33,009 nucleotides of DNA from Nemertoderma westbladi (Eukaryota; Animalia; Xenacoelomorpha). The first letter of the stretch is position 1, and every line of letters starts with the position of its first letter. The stretch covers positions 1 through 33,009 of the forward strand of contig JAUCBJ010005020.1 in NCBI GenBank assembly GCA_032718475.1. The letters are read 5' to 3'. Position numbers and translations under genes: made by a program. This document shows, in pieces, positions 22,050-33,009 of the stretch. The notes beneath the pieces were generated by a model that was not told the origin of the DNA, made no database searches, and was given only the letters and a program-made list of their open reading frames with translations.

Positions 22050-24161
22050 ATGGCTGCATCAATTAAACGTGCTGTGGGGGCGGTTGATTCTGAACCGCCG
22101 GCGCGAGAGAAGAAGAAGAAATCGCGATGGGGCGAACCTACCGACACATTGAAAGCGACGCTACCAGGAATGCCGACCAGTCTGCCTGCTGGACTGACTC
22201 AAAGTCAGGAGAAAGCCTATCTCCTACAACTCCGAATCGAGGAGATTACCCACAAACTGCGTTCCAACAATATGGGGATCCCTGAGCGAGCGGAAGACCG
22301 ATCTCCGTCACCGGAGCCGGTGTACGGACACGACGGGAAACGGATGAACACTCGAGAGTACCGGACCAGACGGAAACTCGAGGAAGAGCGACACAAATAC
22401 ATCGAGGAGATGAAGGAAGTTAACCCCGATTACAAACCCCCGTTGGATTACAAACCCCCGACCTCGAGGATTTCGGACCGCGTTCCCATCCCTCAGGACG
22501 AACATCCCGAGATCAACTTCGTCGGCCTCTTAATCGGGCCGCGAGGGATCACCCTGAAAGAGTTGGAGACGGAGACCGGTTGCAAGATAATCATTCGGGG
22601 GAAGGGCTCAGTGAAGGAGGGGAAACTCAACCGGAAAGACGGGCAGAAGATGCCAGGGGAGGACGAACCGTTGCACGCAATGTGTTACGCCAACTCACAG
22701 GAGCCGGTAAACCGCGCGCTCAAGAAGATACGCGGGATCATCCAACAAGCCATCGATATCCCCGAGGCGGACAACGATCTGAGGAAGAACCAGTTGCGCG
22801 AGTTGGCGAGGATCAATGGGACGTTGCGGGAGGGAGACGGTACCAATCGGTGCAGCAACTGCGGGGCGCTCACCCACCGCAGCTGGCAGTGCCCCGAGGC
22901 CGAGAACATAACTAACACGATTGTGTGTATCCGGTGCGGGGGTGCGGGACACGTTGTGGGGGACTGCAGAGTGGATCTCAGTACTACCAGACCGGTTCCC
23001 TCGTTGGTGGACAAGGCCAAGATGGATTCCGAGTACATGAGTTTAATGGCGGAGTTGGGGCAGACGGGTGGTGGTGAGCTGCAGCAGCCGCTAAGGGGCG
23101 CCCCGCAGTCCGAGCTGCAGCAGTTCCCCCCGGTTCGTCGTTTTGACAACCCGGCAGACAGACAGGGTTACGTTCCCGGGGGTTACCAGGGCAACGTGGG
23201 CGCCCCACAGTTCGCTACCAACCCCGCCGCCGGCGCCCCCCAGATCCACCCCTCCCGACGCCCCGTAATCTCCCAGGCGATGGGCGGCCCCGCTAATAAC
23301 CAGTTCGAGCGCCAACCGCTGGATGGCGCGTCTAACAATTCGCGATTCGACCAGCCCCCACAGGATGGCGCCGCCAGTAACTCGCGGTTCGATCGACCTC
23401 CACAAGAGGTTGCTTCCCGGGTTCCGGGGGCGGTGGTGGGGGGCAACAACGTGGTCCCCTCGTTGCTCAGCTTCAAGGCGACCCCCGCGGGGGCCCTCCA
23501 GTCCCAACGGCCCATGTATTCCCGCGCTCCCGGCGGCCCCCCTGGCCCCCGCCCCCATATCGCGCCGCCCCCTGCACGGATGATGCGCCCAGTTGCACCT
23601 CCACCTCCGCCTGGAGTCGACGCCCCCAAACATACTGGCAGTTTCCTCCAGCAGCAGCAGCAAACCGCGGCAAACTATAGCAATCTACAGAGCTATGGTT
23701 TCCAAATTGAGGGCGGTTTGACCAAAAGTCCTGCCGGTTATGGTAACCAGAGTGCAGGTAGCTACGGCACTCAAAACGCCGGAAGTTACGGCACACAAAA
23801 CGCCGGAAGTTACGGCACACAAAACGCCGGAAATTATGGCACTCAGAGCATGGGTAGTTACGGGAATATGTTTGGGAATCAGCAAGATATGAGCGGTTTC
23901 GGTAGCCAAAGTCAGGAAGGCTACACCGCCGCCCAGTACGGCCAGACGGTTATGGGTCAGCAACGGCCAATGGGAGGGTCCGGTTACCAGCCAATGGGAG
24001 GACAGTATAGCGGTGGAGTAAGGGCTACCCATATGGGGGGCTACACCGCCGGTGGTGGTGGTGGTGGGATTAATGGTGGCCAGGGCTACAGCCAAACCAA
24101 GAAGTCTAGTAGTGTTCCTCTACAGTTTCTGGCCGTACCGCCACCTCCACCGCCCACTTAA
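22050..24161 (+). CDS. SF1: Splicing factor 1 / branch-point binding protein (SF1/BBP), intronless CDS, 703 aa
   Basis: Diagnostic motifs in the expected order: ULM KKKKSRW, RSPSPEPVY (SPSP motif), KH-QUA2 domain (INFVGLLIGPRG...IRGKGSVKEGK...QLRELARINGTLR), two CCHC zinc knuckles (CSNCGALTHRSWQC, CIRCGGAGHVVGDC), MDSEYMSLMAELG, then a Pro/Gly/Gln-rich tail. Open from ATG to TAA, GC-rich against AT-rich flanks. Confidence 0.97.
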   Translation: MAASIKRAVGAVDSEPPAREKKKKSRWGEPTDTLKATLPGMPTSLPAGLTQSQEKAYLLQLRIEEITHKLRSNNMGIPERAEDRSPSPEPVYGHDGKRMNTREYRTRRKLEEERHKYIEEMKEVNPDYKPPLDYKPPTSRISDRVPIPQDEHPEINFVGLLIGPRGITLKELETETGCKIIIRGKGSVKEGKLNRKDGQKMPGEDEPLHAMCYANSQEPVNRALKKIRGIIQQAIDIPEADNDLRKNQLRELARINGTLREGDGTNRCSNCGALTHRSWQCPEAENITNTIVCIRCGGAGHVVGDCRVDLSTTRPVPSLVDKAKMDSEYMSLMAELGQTGGGELQQPLRGAPQSELQQFPPVRRFDNPADRQGYVPGGYQGNVGAPQFATNPAAGAPQIHPSRRPVISQAMGGPANNQFERQPLDGASNNSRFDQPPQDGAASNSRFDRPPQEVASRVPGAVVGGNNVVPSLLSFKATPAGALQSQRPMYSRAPGGPPGPRPHIAPPPARMMRPVAPPPPPGVDAPKHTGSFLQQQQQTAANYSNLQSYGFQIEGGLTKSPAGYGNQSAGSYGTQNAGSYGTQNAGSYGTQNAGNYGTQSMGSYGNMFGNQQDMSGFGSQSQEGYTAAQYGQTVMGQQRPMGGSGYQPMGGQYSGGVRATHMGGYTAGGGGGGINGGQGYSQTKKSSSVPLQFLAVPPPPPPT
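23292..23414 (+). repeat. Coding ~42-bp degenerate repeat (3 units) in SF1
   Basis: ANNQFERQPLDGA / SNNSRFDQPPQDGA / ASNSRFDRPPQEVA. Confidence 0.75.
23733..23864 (+). repeat. Coding 24-bp tandem repeat (AGSYGTQN, ~5 units) in the SF1 C-terminus
   Basis: gccggaagttacggcacacaaaac unit, translated AGYGNQS-AGSYGTQN-AGSYGTQN-AGSYGTQN-AGNYGTQS-MGSYG. Confidence 0.9.
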
Positions 24162-24189
24162 GGCGGTCTTCTCTCTTTGAGTGAAATTC

Positions 24190-24195
24190 AATAAA
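24190..24195 (+). terminator. Polyadenylation signal of SF1
   Basis: AATAAA starting 29 nt after the TAA stop. Confidence 0.6.
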
Positions 24196-24649
24196 ACTGT
24201 TAAGGACGTAAGTCGAACCGGTACAATATTTGTATATACGCCGGTTGTCTCTGGGATTCCCTAACAATGTACCGTACGGAATATGTCTATGTATCTGTGA
24301 ACTGGAGGTACTTGAGAATATTTGATATGCTTGAAACTAAAGTTATCCCTTATCACATACCTTCTCTGTTTTGTTTACACTGTACAGTTAATGTTAGTTA
24401 TACTGTGTTGTTGCCGACTATAATATTTAGTAGCTGTAATAAATAATTTAAGTAGCCAAAATAAGAATATTCAAGTTAAATTGTTAATGTGCAGTGCTCA
24501 GTGCATGCATTGCATATAATAAGTCGGTCCGCTTTAATTAATTCTCGATCTAAAAGTTCCTGCCGAAAAAATTACGAATTACACGGGATACGGAAACCGC
24601 GGTATCAATGGTAAAAAAATCGCTGTGCACATGTGCATCTTTTCATTAT

Positions 24650-26460
24650 AGTTGAAGTGTTTTAATTCCTCCAAAGATATGTCATCACGCTATGGGGCAG
24701 TTTTCGTTTGTTTCATTACGTCAAGTGGTTAGTGCTGTTCAGTCAGTTACTATCTTTGGCATGTTAGAACCAGAATCGTCAACTTCTGTTGATATAGACA
24801 GACAGGCAGTCGCAGATACGACGTCATAGTGACCTTGGAGGTTGAATTGAGTGAGTGATACAGCCTCTACTTTTTGAGCATAATGCAATATAATGAAGCC
24901 CGTATAGCCAATATCCCCAATTTATTTGTATTTGTCTGCGAACAGTGGGTGGGTCTAGTTAAAACATTCCTTCCCCACCTAAATTTGATCGCAATGGTTT
25001 TTATGTAAGCTTTGGTTCTGTTGAGGTTCTAGTGGATAGACTTGTTTCGTAAGACACAATGCAAAATCGTAGTCAACAAAAAATCTACAGGGTGTGGGTA
25101 ATGTAGAGTAGAGATGTTATTCCCTAATATTTAATGTTCACCTTTACTTTGCAAGGTTTCACCTTGTTTATTATAGGACTTACTTTCCAGGCCACTGAAT
25201 CGAACAGGTTTAATTATAATATCATTATTATTAGATTGCAGATTTTGGGTGTGTCACGGCTATTTTATTAGTAATGATGATTTTAAGCGACTACTTGGAT
25301 TTGTTTAGATTTTTGTTGAAGAAGATTTCCTTCTGGGAAGGGGGGAGGGGGTGTATATTTACCCAACTTTATTATAGATAATAGATATCTGCTAATAGGT
25401 TTCGCCCTAAACAAAAATATATTTAATAAGCTGCTCGCATTTACTGGGGAATTATTTTTGTTGATATAACTCATTCTAGCTAATTTATTTATTTTTCCCC
25501 TTTGAATTAGGGATTAGAGAGACGCAAGATAGTTTGGATTCTTGGTTTTTGTTACGAAACTATCGTGTTTAATTCTTATTTGAAAAATCAAATCACTTTA
25601 TTAGGCATACCGTCATTTTCAAATCCGCATTTTGAACTAAGATAGCACAGACAACAAGTACATGGTTTAATTATTGTTGGGTGTTGACTCGCATTTTATA
25701 CGGTACGTGTTTCGTAAATAAACGCTCAAACTATGTAACAAATATTATGATTGTACCGGATTTCCCCCATTACCAATATAGACGTCTACCGCTAATATCT
25801 GCTACACACTTTTCTGCGGCATGTGATAGCCGCATATACACGTGGGGTGGGTGGCTGGGTCTTACGTATATTTCATGTGAATTATTTTAAACACCAAATC
25901 ATCTCACCTGTGACAAAACATTTCAGCATTGGTAAAATAAACAAGATGCGTTTATTTTATGAACCACGAAATATATATTTCCACTGTATTCGTTTAATGT
26001 TCAACAATTTGTTATTTTTTTTAATGTTTTACTGTTAGTTTTAGATAAAACCCGTGTTTTATTAGATTTATATATTTAGCGTTAGTTTGGTTAAGGGTTG
26101 TGTATTACTAATTGATTCGTTTTCAGGTACATTTTAACAATTACTTTTGCAGCTACGCAGTATATTAATAATCGCATAATTAATATTCTGCTTGTTTGAT
26201 TATAATTAATTAATCAGGGTGTTCGTACATATAAATATTAAAACTATTATTAGTAGTATTGATTATGGACATTCTGTGGCAATATGCTGCATATTGCTTA
26301 TGAGCAAAAATACTACCAGGTGGGTGGAGTGGTTGACAAAATCCTTAGACCATTTCTAAAGCGAAAGCTTATTTATCTAAAAAAATATAGTGTTAATTGT
26401 TTTCATTCAACCACCATTTCGTAATAAGATACCCGCGACCATCATGATTAATGTACTGTG
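24650..26460 (-). mobile_element. Possible highly decayed LINE ORF2 remnant
   Basis: Scattered minus-strand motifs in the expected order: YLITKWWLNEN (APE ITETWL-like, ~26430), KTKNPNY (~25540), KY*GIT (~25125), LYHSL (~24860). Many stops and frameshifts. Confidence 0.3.
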
Positions 26461-27132
26461 TATGTTTGCTTATATTTCTTATTATAATATAATTAATAAT
26501 TAATCTCTTTCCGCAGCGAACATGTTGGATCATCAATATATTTTTTCTTAAACAATTGAAACTAAATAGAACCAACCTTATTGGTAAATGGTAAGTATTT
26601 AACGAACCTGAAAGGCTGGTAATGACCCAGAAAAAAATGCATGCAATTCGTGATAAGGAGAAGGTTGTTCGCTTATTGGTATATTTCGCCACAAATAGGT
26701 GTCTTTCTCAAAAGGCTAAGCCAGACACCTAGAATATTATACTAGAGTTAAGTGTAATATTATCAAGTGAGAGAACTTAAGGTTCTGAAACTGGGGGGGG
26801 GGGGGGGGGGGGGGGGGTGGGGTGGGGGGGTGGGGGTCCGAACCATTCGACAAATGTCAAATAGTGTGTACGGTTGTATTAGGGGGACTGGTCATTGTCA
26901 AATCGCTTCACACATTGACATTTTGTACTCAAACATTTGAGGGAAACTTTTGTTCTCTTCCTTTATGCTTGCTTATTCGCTCTGCGGCTTATAGATCCGA
27001 TCCCCCTTGGGTATCACGATGAGCTATAGCGTTTGCTGTTGTATGTATTCAATGGCGGTAAAATTGGTTAAAGTCATTTACTTTTTACTTCAGTGGATTC
27101 CCCAAGCAGTAGCATGTAATTCATTACGGTGA

Positions 27133-27151
27133 AGTGCCACTAGGTGGCGCT
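27133..27151 (+). promoter_or_regulatory. CTCF-like motif / short palindrome
   Basis: agtgCCACTAGGTGGCGCt fits the CTCF core CCASYAGRKGGCRC. The same word also occurs in some MITEs. Confidence 0.45.
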
Positions 27152-27551
27152 GGTTCTATGGTGGGTAGAACTCTAATACGAGAGGATTAAAAGTTAAATT
27201 ATAACTTATAAATCTCTATCTTTACAGCCAAAATATTAAAGAAAACAAACGCCATAGTCTCACCCCCGAGATTACGCTCTTCCCGCAGGTCCTTTCTCCC
27301 CTCCCCTTGGTCATTTGTTTCCTATAATATACGACATCTTGTACCAACACCAACGGGGCTATTAATTGCAATACCTATATTTTTTATCACTACTTTTTAC
27401 ATATAAATTGGATAAGCTACTTGTAATTTCTAACTATTGACCTGACATAATCATATCTTGCATAAGTTGGGTAATGTATTTGAGGACCCCCCCCCCCCCC
27501 CCCCCCCCCCCCAGTTCTAAACCTTCGCTCGCAATATTCGAAAGCGTAATT

Positions 27552-30500
27552 TTGTATCTATTGTCCCGTTGTATCCTTTGTCCCGTTGTATCCTTTGCGC
27601 CGTTGTATCCTTTGTCTCGATTTATCCTTTGTCCCGTTGTATCATTTGTCCCGTTGTATCCTTTGTCCCGTTGTATCCTTTGCCCCGTTATATCCTTTGC
27701 CCCGTTGTATCCTTTATCCCGTTGTATCCTTTGTCCCGTTGTATCCTTTGTCCCGTTGTATCCTTTGTCCCGTTGTATCCTTTGCGCCGTTGTATCCTTT
27801 GTCCCGTTGTATCCTTTGTCCCGTTGTATTCTTTGTATCCTTTGTCCCGTTGTATCCTGTGTCCCGTTGTAACCTTTGTCCCTTTGTGTCCTTTGTCCCG
27901 TTGTATTCTTTGTATCCTTTGTCCCGATGTATCCTTTGTCCCGTTATATCCTTTGTCCCGTTGTAACCTATGTCCCGTTGTATCCTTTGTCCCGTTGTAT
28001 CCTTTGTCCTGTTGTAACCTTTGTCTCGTTGTATCCTTTGTCCTGTTGTAACCTTTGTATCCTTTGTCCCGTTGTATTATTTGCATCCTTCGTCCCGTTG
28101 TATCCTTTGTCCCGTTGTATCCTTTGTCCCGTTGTATCCTTTGTCCCGTTGTATCCTTTGTCCCGTTGTATCCTTTGTCCCGTTGTAACCTTTGTCCATT
28201 TGTATCCTTTGTCCCGTTGTATTCTTTGTCCCTTTGTATCCTTTGTCCCGTTGTATCCTTTGTCCCGTTGTATCATTTGTCCCGTTGTAACCTTTGTATC
28301 CTTTTTCCCGTTGTATCCTTTGTCCCGTTGTATCCTTTGTCCTGTTGTAACCTTTGTCTCGTTGTATCCTTTGTCCCGTTGTAACCTTTGTATCCTTTGT
28401 CCCGTTGTATCCTTTGTCCCGTTGTAACCTTTGTCCCGTTTTATTCTTTGTATCCTTTGTCCCGTTGTATCCTTTGTCCCTTTGTTACGTTGTATCCTTT
28501 GTCCCTTTGTTACGTTGTATCCTTTGTCCCGTTGTATTCTTTGTCCCTTTGTATACTTTGTCCCGTTGTATCCTTTGTCCCGTTGTATCATTTGTCCCGT
28601 TGTAACCTTTGTATCCTTTTTCCCGTTGTATCCTTTGTCCCTATTTATCCTTCGTCCCGTTGTATCCTTTGTCCCGTTGTATCCTTTGTCCCGTTGTATC
28701 CTTTGTCCCGTTGTAACCTTTGTCCATTTGTATCCTTTGTCCCGTTGTATCCTTTTTCCCGTTGTATCCTTTGTCCCGTTGCATCCTTTGTCCCGTTGTA
28801 ACCTTTGTCCCTTTTTATCCTTTGTCCCGTTGTATTCTTTGTCCCTTTGTCCCGTTGTAACCTTTGTCCCGTTTTATTCTTTGTATCCTTTGTCCCGTTG
28901 TATCCTTTGTCCCTTTGTTACGTTGTATCCTTTGTCCCGTTGTATTCTTTGTCCCTTTGTCCCGTTGTAACCTTTGTCCCGTTTTATTCTTTGTATCCTT
29001 TGTCCCGTTGTATCCTTTGTCCCTTTGTTACGTTGTATCCTTTGTCCCGTTGTATTCTTTGTCCCTTTGTCCCGTTGTAACCTTGGTCCCGTTTTATTCT
29101 TTGTATCCTTTGTCCCGTTGTATCCTTTGTCCCGTTGCATCCTTTGTCCCGTTGTAACCTTTGTCCCTTTTTATCCTTTGTCCCGTTGTATCCTTTGTCC
29201 CGTTGTAACCTTTGTCCCGTTTTATTCTTTGTATCCTTTGTCCCGTTGTATCCTTTGTCCCTTTGTTACGTTGTATCCTTTGTCCCGTTGTATTCTTTGT
29301 CCCTTTGTATCCTTTGTCCCTTTGTATCCTTTGTCCCGTTGTATCATTTGTCTCGTTGTAACCTTTGTATCCTTTTTCCCGTTGTATCCTTTGTCCCGAT
29401 GTATCCTTCGTCCCGTTGTATCCTTTGTCCCGTTGTATCCTTTGTCCCGTTGTAACCTTTGTCCATTTGTATCCTTTGTCCCGTTGTATCCTTTTTCCCG
29501 TTGTATCCTTTGTCCCGTTGCATCCTTTGTCCCGTTGTAACCTTTGTCCCATTTTATCCTTTGTCCCGTTGTATCCTTTGTCCCGTTGTATTCTTTGTAT
29601 CCTTTGCCCCGTTGTATCCTTTGTCCCGTTGTATCCTTTGTCCCGTTGTAAGCTTTGTATCCTCTGTCCCGTTGTATCCTTTGTCCCGTTGTATCCTTTG
29701 TCCCGTTGTATCCTTTGTCCCGTTGTAACCGTTGTCCCTTTTGTATCCTTTGTCCCGTTGTATTCTTTGTATCCTTTGTCCCGTTGTATCCTTTGTCCCG
29801 TTGTATCCTTTGTCCCGTTGTATCCTTTGCCCCGTTGTAACCGTTGTCCCTTTTGTATCCTTTGTCCCGTTGTATCCTTTGTCCCGTTGTATCCTTTGTC
29901 CCGTTGTAAGCTTTGTATCCTCTGTCCCGTTGTATCCTTTGTCCCGTTGTATCCTTTGTCCCGTTGTATCCTTTGTCCCGTTGTAACCGTTGTCCCTTTT
30001 GTATCCTTTGTCCCGTTGTATTCTTTGTATCCTTTGTCCCGTTGTATCCTTTGTCCCGTTGTACCCTTTGTCCCGTTGTAACCTTTCTCCCTTTGTCTCG
30101 TTGTATCCTTTGTCCCGTTGTATCCTTTGTCCCGTTGTATCCTTTGTCCCGTTGTAACCTTTGTCCCGTTGTATTCTTTGTATCCTTTGTCCCGTTGTAT
30201 CATTTGTCCAGTTGAATCCTTTGTCCCGTTGTATTCTTTGTATCCTTTGTCCCGTTGTATCCTTTGTCCCGTTGTATCCTTTGTCCCGTTGTACCCTTTG
30301 TCCCGTTGTAACCTTTGTCCCGTTGTATCCTTTGTCCCGTTGTATCCTTTGTCCCGTTGTATCCTTTGTCCCGTTGTAACCTTTGTCCCGTTGTATTCTT
30401 TGTATCCTTTGTCCCGTTGTATCATTTGTCCCGTTGAATCCTTTGTCCCGTTGTATTATTTGTATCCTTTGTCCCGTTGTATCCTTTGTCCCGTTGTATC

Positions 30501-31166
30501 CTTTGTCCCGTTGTACCCTTTGTCCCGTTGTAACCTTTCTCCCTTTGTCCCGTTGTATCATTTGTCCCGTTGTAACCGTTGTCCCTTTTGTATCCTTTGT
30601 CCCGTTGTATTCTTTGTATCCTTTGTCCCGTTGTATCCTTTGTCCCGTTGTAACCTTTGTCCCTTTGTATCCTTTGTCCCGTTTTATTCTTTGTATCCTT
30701 TGTCCCGTTGTATCCTTTGTCCCGTTGTATCCTTTGTCCCGTTGTATCCTTTGTCCCGTTGTATCCTTTGTCCCGTTGCATCCTTTGTCCCGTTGTAACC
30801 TTTGTCCCTTTTTATCCTTTGTCCCGTTGTATCCTTTGTCCCGTTGTACCCTTTGTCCCGTTGTATCCTTTCCCCCGTTGTCCCATTGTATCCTTTGTCC
30901 CGTTGTATCAATTGTCCCGTTGAATCCTTTGTCCCGTTGTATCCTTTGTCCCTTTGTATCCTTTGTCCCGTTTTATTCTTTGTATCCTTTGTCCCGTTGT
31001 ATCCTTTGTCCCGTTGTATCCTTTGTCCCTTTGTTACGTTGTATCCTTTGCCCCGTTGTATCCTTTGTCCCTTTGTATCCTTTGTCCCGTTGTATCCTTT
31101 GTCCCGTTGTATCCTTTGTCCCGTCGTATCCTTTGTCCCTTTGTATCTTTTTCCCCATTGTATCCT
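27552..31166. repeat. 17-bp satellite (TTGTATCCTTTGTCCCG)n, ~3.6 kb
   Basis: Continuous array built from a 9-mer ttgtatcct and an 8-mer ttgtcccg, with variants ttgtaacct, ttgtattct and ttgtatcat. Strongly pyrimidine-biased on the + strand. Confidence 0.99.
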
Positions 31167-32076
31167 CATGAGATGTACAGTGGAAACTAAGTAAGTAAAT
31201 TACGATTACATAATGAGGAACATGTTCTCAGTTGACAAGCTGATCACCCAAGCAACCAAAACAAATCAGTGGCATTATCTCCCAGAGAGGGCAACGAAAT
31301 AGGTTATAAGGACTAAATGTGCAACCCCGGTAGCTCGTTTTAGCTGCACTTATCGTTAAATATTAATGATATCTCCTGGCTTATTCATGGTAAAGTGGTG
31401 GGTCACGCCATTATACATGGGTGAATCAATACATATCTGTAACATGCAATGTATGCAAGATATTCTAAATAAAATATTAAGCAAGTAATTTAAACTGGAC
31501 GAACAAAACAATATAAATTTATGCAAAAAAATGAATTCCCCACCGACGAAAACAAATGAATTAAATATTAAAACAGTAAACCAAGTCCCAGAATAACAAT
31601 GCTGTATTCATTCTGGGGTTTCAAAATAATACAATTAGCTGAAGAAATTCGTAATAATTATAGATCCATCTGGGCTAAATTTGGTTAGTGGTGACTAGTT
31701 TGGACCGGGTATTATGACGTTTTTCTATTTAAATTTAATGAATACTTCGATCCAGATTGATACTTTTGCCCTCAGGTTTTGATGTTTTCAAATAGAGAAA
31801 ATTTATTATCGTTTCTGTGTCATTGTGTGTGAGGTGTCTCTGTTCTGTTTCCAAAATTTTGCGTTATTCGACTCTTATTGACCTAAAACCATTAAAATTG
31901 CGTTATTTAAAGGTTTTCCATTCATCAGAGGTTTGTAATTGACAACATTATACGAGGTGGTTGGCTATATATCTAATGCAGCATTGGTTCCGTATTAAGG
32001 GGACTTTTCATACCTGATGATTGAGTCTGAGAATTGACCTTGAATGTTCTGAATGTTCCAATTTGCGTGGTTGAGC

Positions 32077-32101
32077 TGTGGCGTATCTAGGATTTGTTTA
32101 T

Positions 32102-32133
<32 letters not shown>

Positions 32134-32135
32134 AA
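32077..32135 (+). mobile_element. Possible hAT-like MITE left end followed by poly-C
   Basis: ctgtggcgtatctaggattt resembles CAGTGGCGTA-type MITE termini. Partner end not identified. Confidence 0.3.
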
Positions 32136-33009
32136 AATTGAAATTGGCTAGAGGTGTCGCGTCGTTGGATGCACAATATTGACTACCTCACCCCCTCCCA
32201 ACACTATATTTTGAATCACTATTTCAAATTTCTCCTGATTTCAGTCAGAATTTTAGAGAAATAGTCCTTAAAAACGGACTACGACGCACGACGTACATCT
32301 ACTCGTAAAAGAAGCATTCTGAGATGAATGGTTTCAAAGTTTAAGGAAAATTTAAAACTTTCCCCCTTTTCCTTTTCCTAATCCCATTTTCTCTGTTCGA
32401 CAATAGCTTTGTCAAATATGAATATAATTCAACGAAATTTCATCATTCCTAAAATGCTAAAAATATACGGTAACTAATACAAACACAAACCATTTAGCAA
32501 TTTTATTCATATCTTTACTTTGGGGGCTGTTCTGATGAAAAAAATTTCCTTATTAATTGAAAAGTGGAAAGGGAGCTTCGTGCAACTCCAAACATGAAGT
32601 TCAATCCCCCATTCGTCCTATCGTTCACTAATCTCAAGGTGCGACAAAAACGAATCGTTTGTGGCTACCGGAACCGTTTGAAGGGAGAGCCAAGGTTCCA
32701 TGCGGGCCGCGAATTATAGGTAATGATACCCGCAAAGTAATATCCTTTTAATTCCTGGCGGTTTCAATCGTGTTGTTGTACCGGAAGAGCAGCATGCTGC
32801 ATGGACCGCACGGTAACCAGTGGCGTCGTGAGTTAATTAAACAGATTGGTGTGGATCAGGCACCTAGCAAACGCATCCTTCCCCTCCATCAACACGTCGC
32901 CTCCAGTTAATTTAGCCATCACTAAGCGAATCACCGGCTTGGAAAGCAGTTTCACTAAAGGGATGCCGGGATATTTTATAAGAAGGCTTTCTAGGGTGCA
33001 ATCAGCTTT

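Noticed and set aside
22217-24095. Antisense and alternative-frame ORFs within SF1
   Set aside because: Expected shadow ORFs of a GC-rich coding exon, with no recognisable motifs.
27552-31166. CRISPR-like array
   Set aside because: Repeats are contiguous with no unique spacers and no cas genes, in a eukaryotic context.
27474-31194. Dozens of long ORFs (Cys-rich LCPVVSFVPLYPLSRC; GQRIQRDKGYNGTKDTT)
   Set aside because: They are translations of the 17-bp satellite in all frames and on both strands.

Overview
AT-rich, repeat-dense eukaryotic DNA, most likely from a marine invertebrate. No prokaryotic gene organisation, CRISPR array, rRNA or tRNA gene is visible. The only convincing protein-coding gene is a splicing factor 1 / branch-point binding protein (SF1) homologue whose whole 703-aa CDS is one uninterrupted GC-rich exon (22050-24161, +), with a likely upstream 3' splice acceptor and a polyA signal 29 nt after the stop. 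The 22 kb upstream is a dense nest of non-autonomous DNA transposons, several with readable TIRs and target-site duplications (TSDs): two nested CAGTYAGG-ended elements with 5-bp TSDs, a 2.5-kb MULE derivative with a transposase remnant, a P-superfamily-like foldback element, a CCC-ended 8-bp-TSD element carrying a CR1 LINE 3' fragment and nested inside another TIR element, plus palindromic hairpin repeats. Downstream lie decayed LINE-like DNA, a CTCF-like motif and a ~3.6-kb 17-bp satellite with higher-order structure that explains all ORFs between 27.5 and 31.2 kb. Superfamily assignments rest on terminus/TSD rules read by eye, not on database searches. I did not find a clearly new multi-gene system; the best leads are the unclassified transposon families, the intronless SF1 with its repeat tail, and a one-sided TAGGCCTA enrichment.
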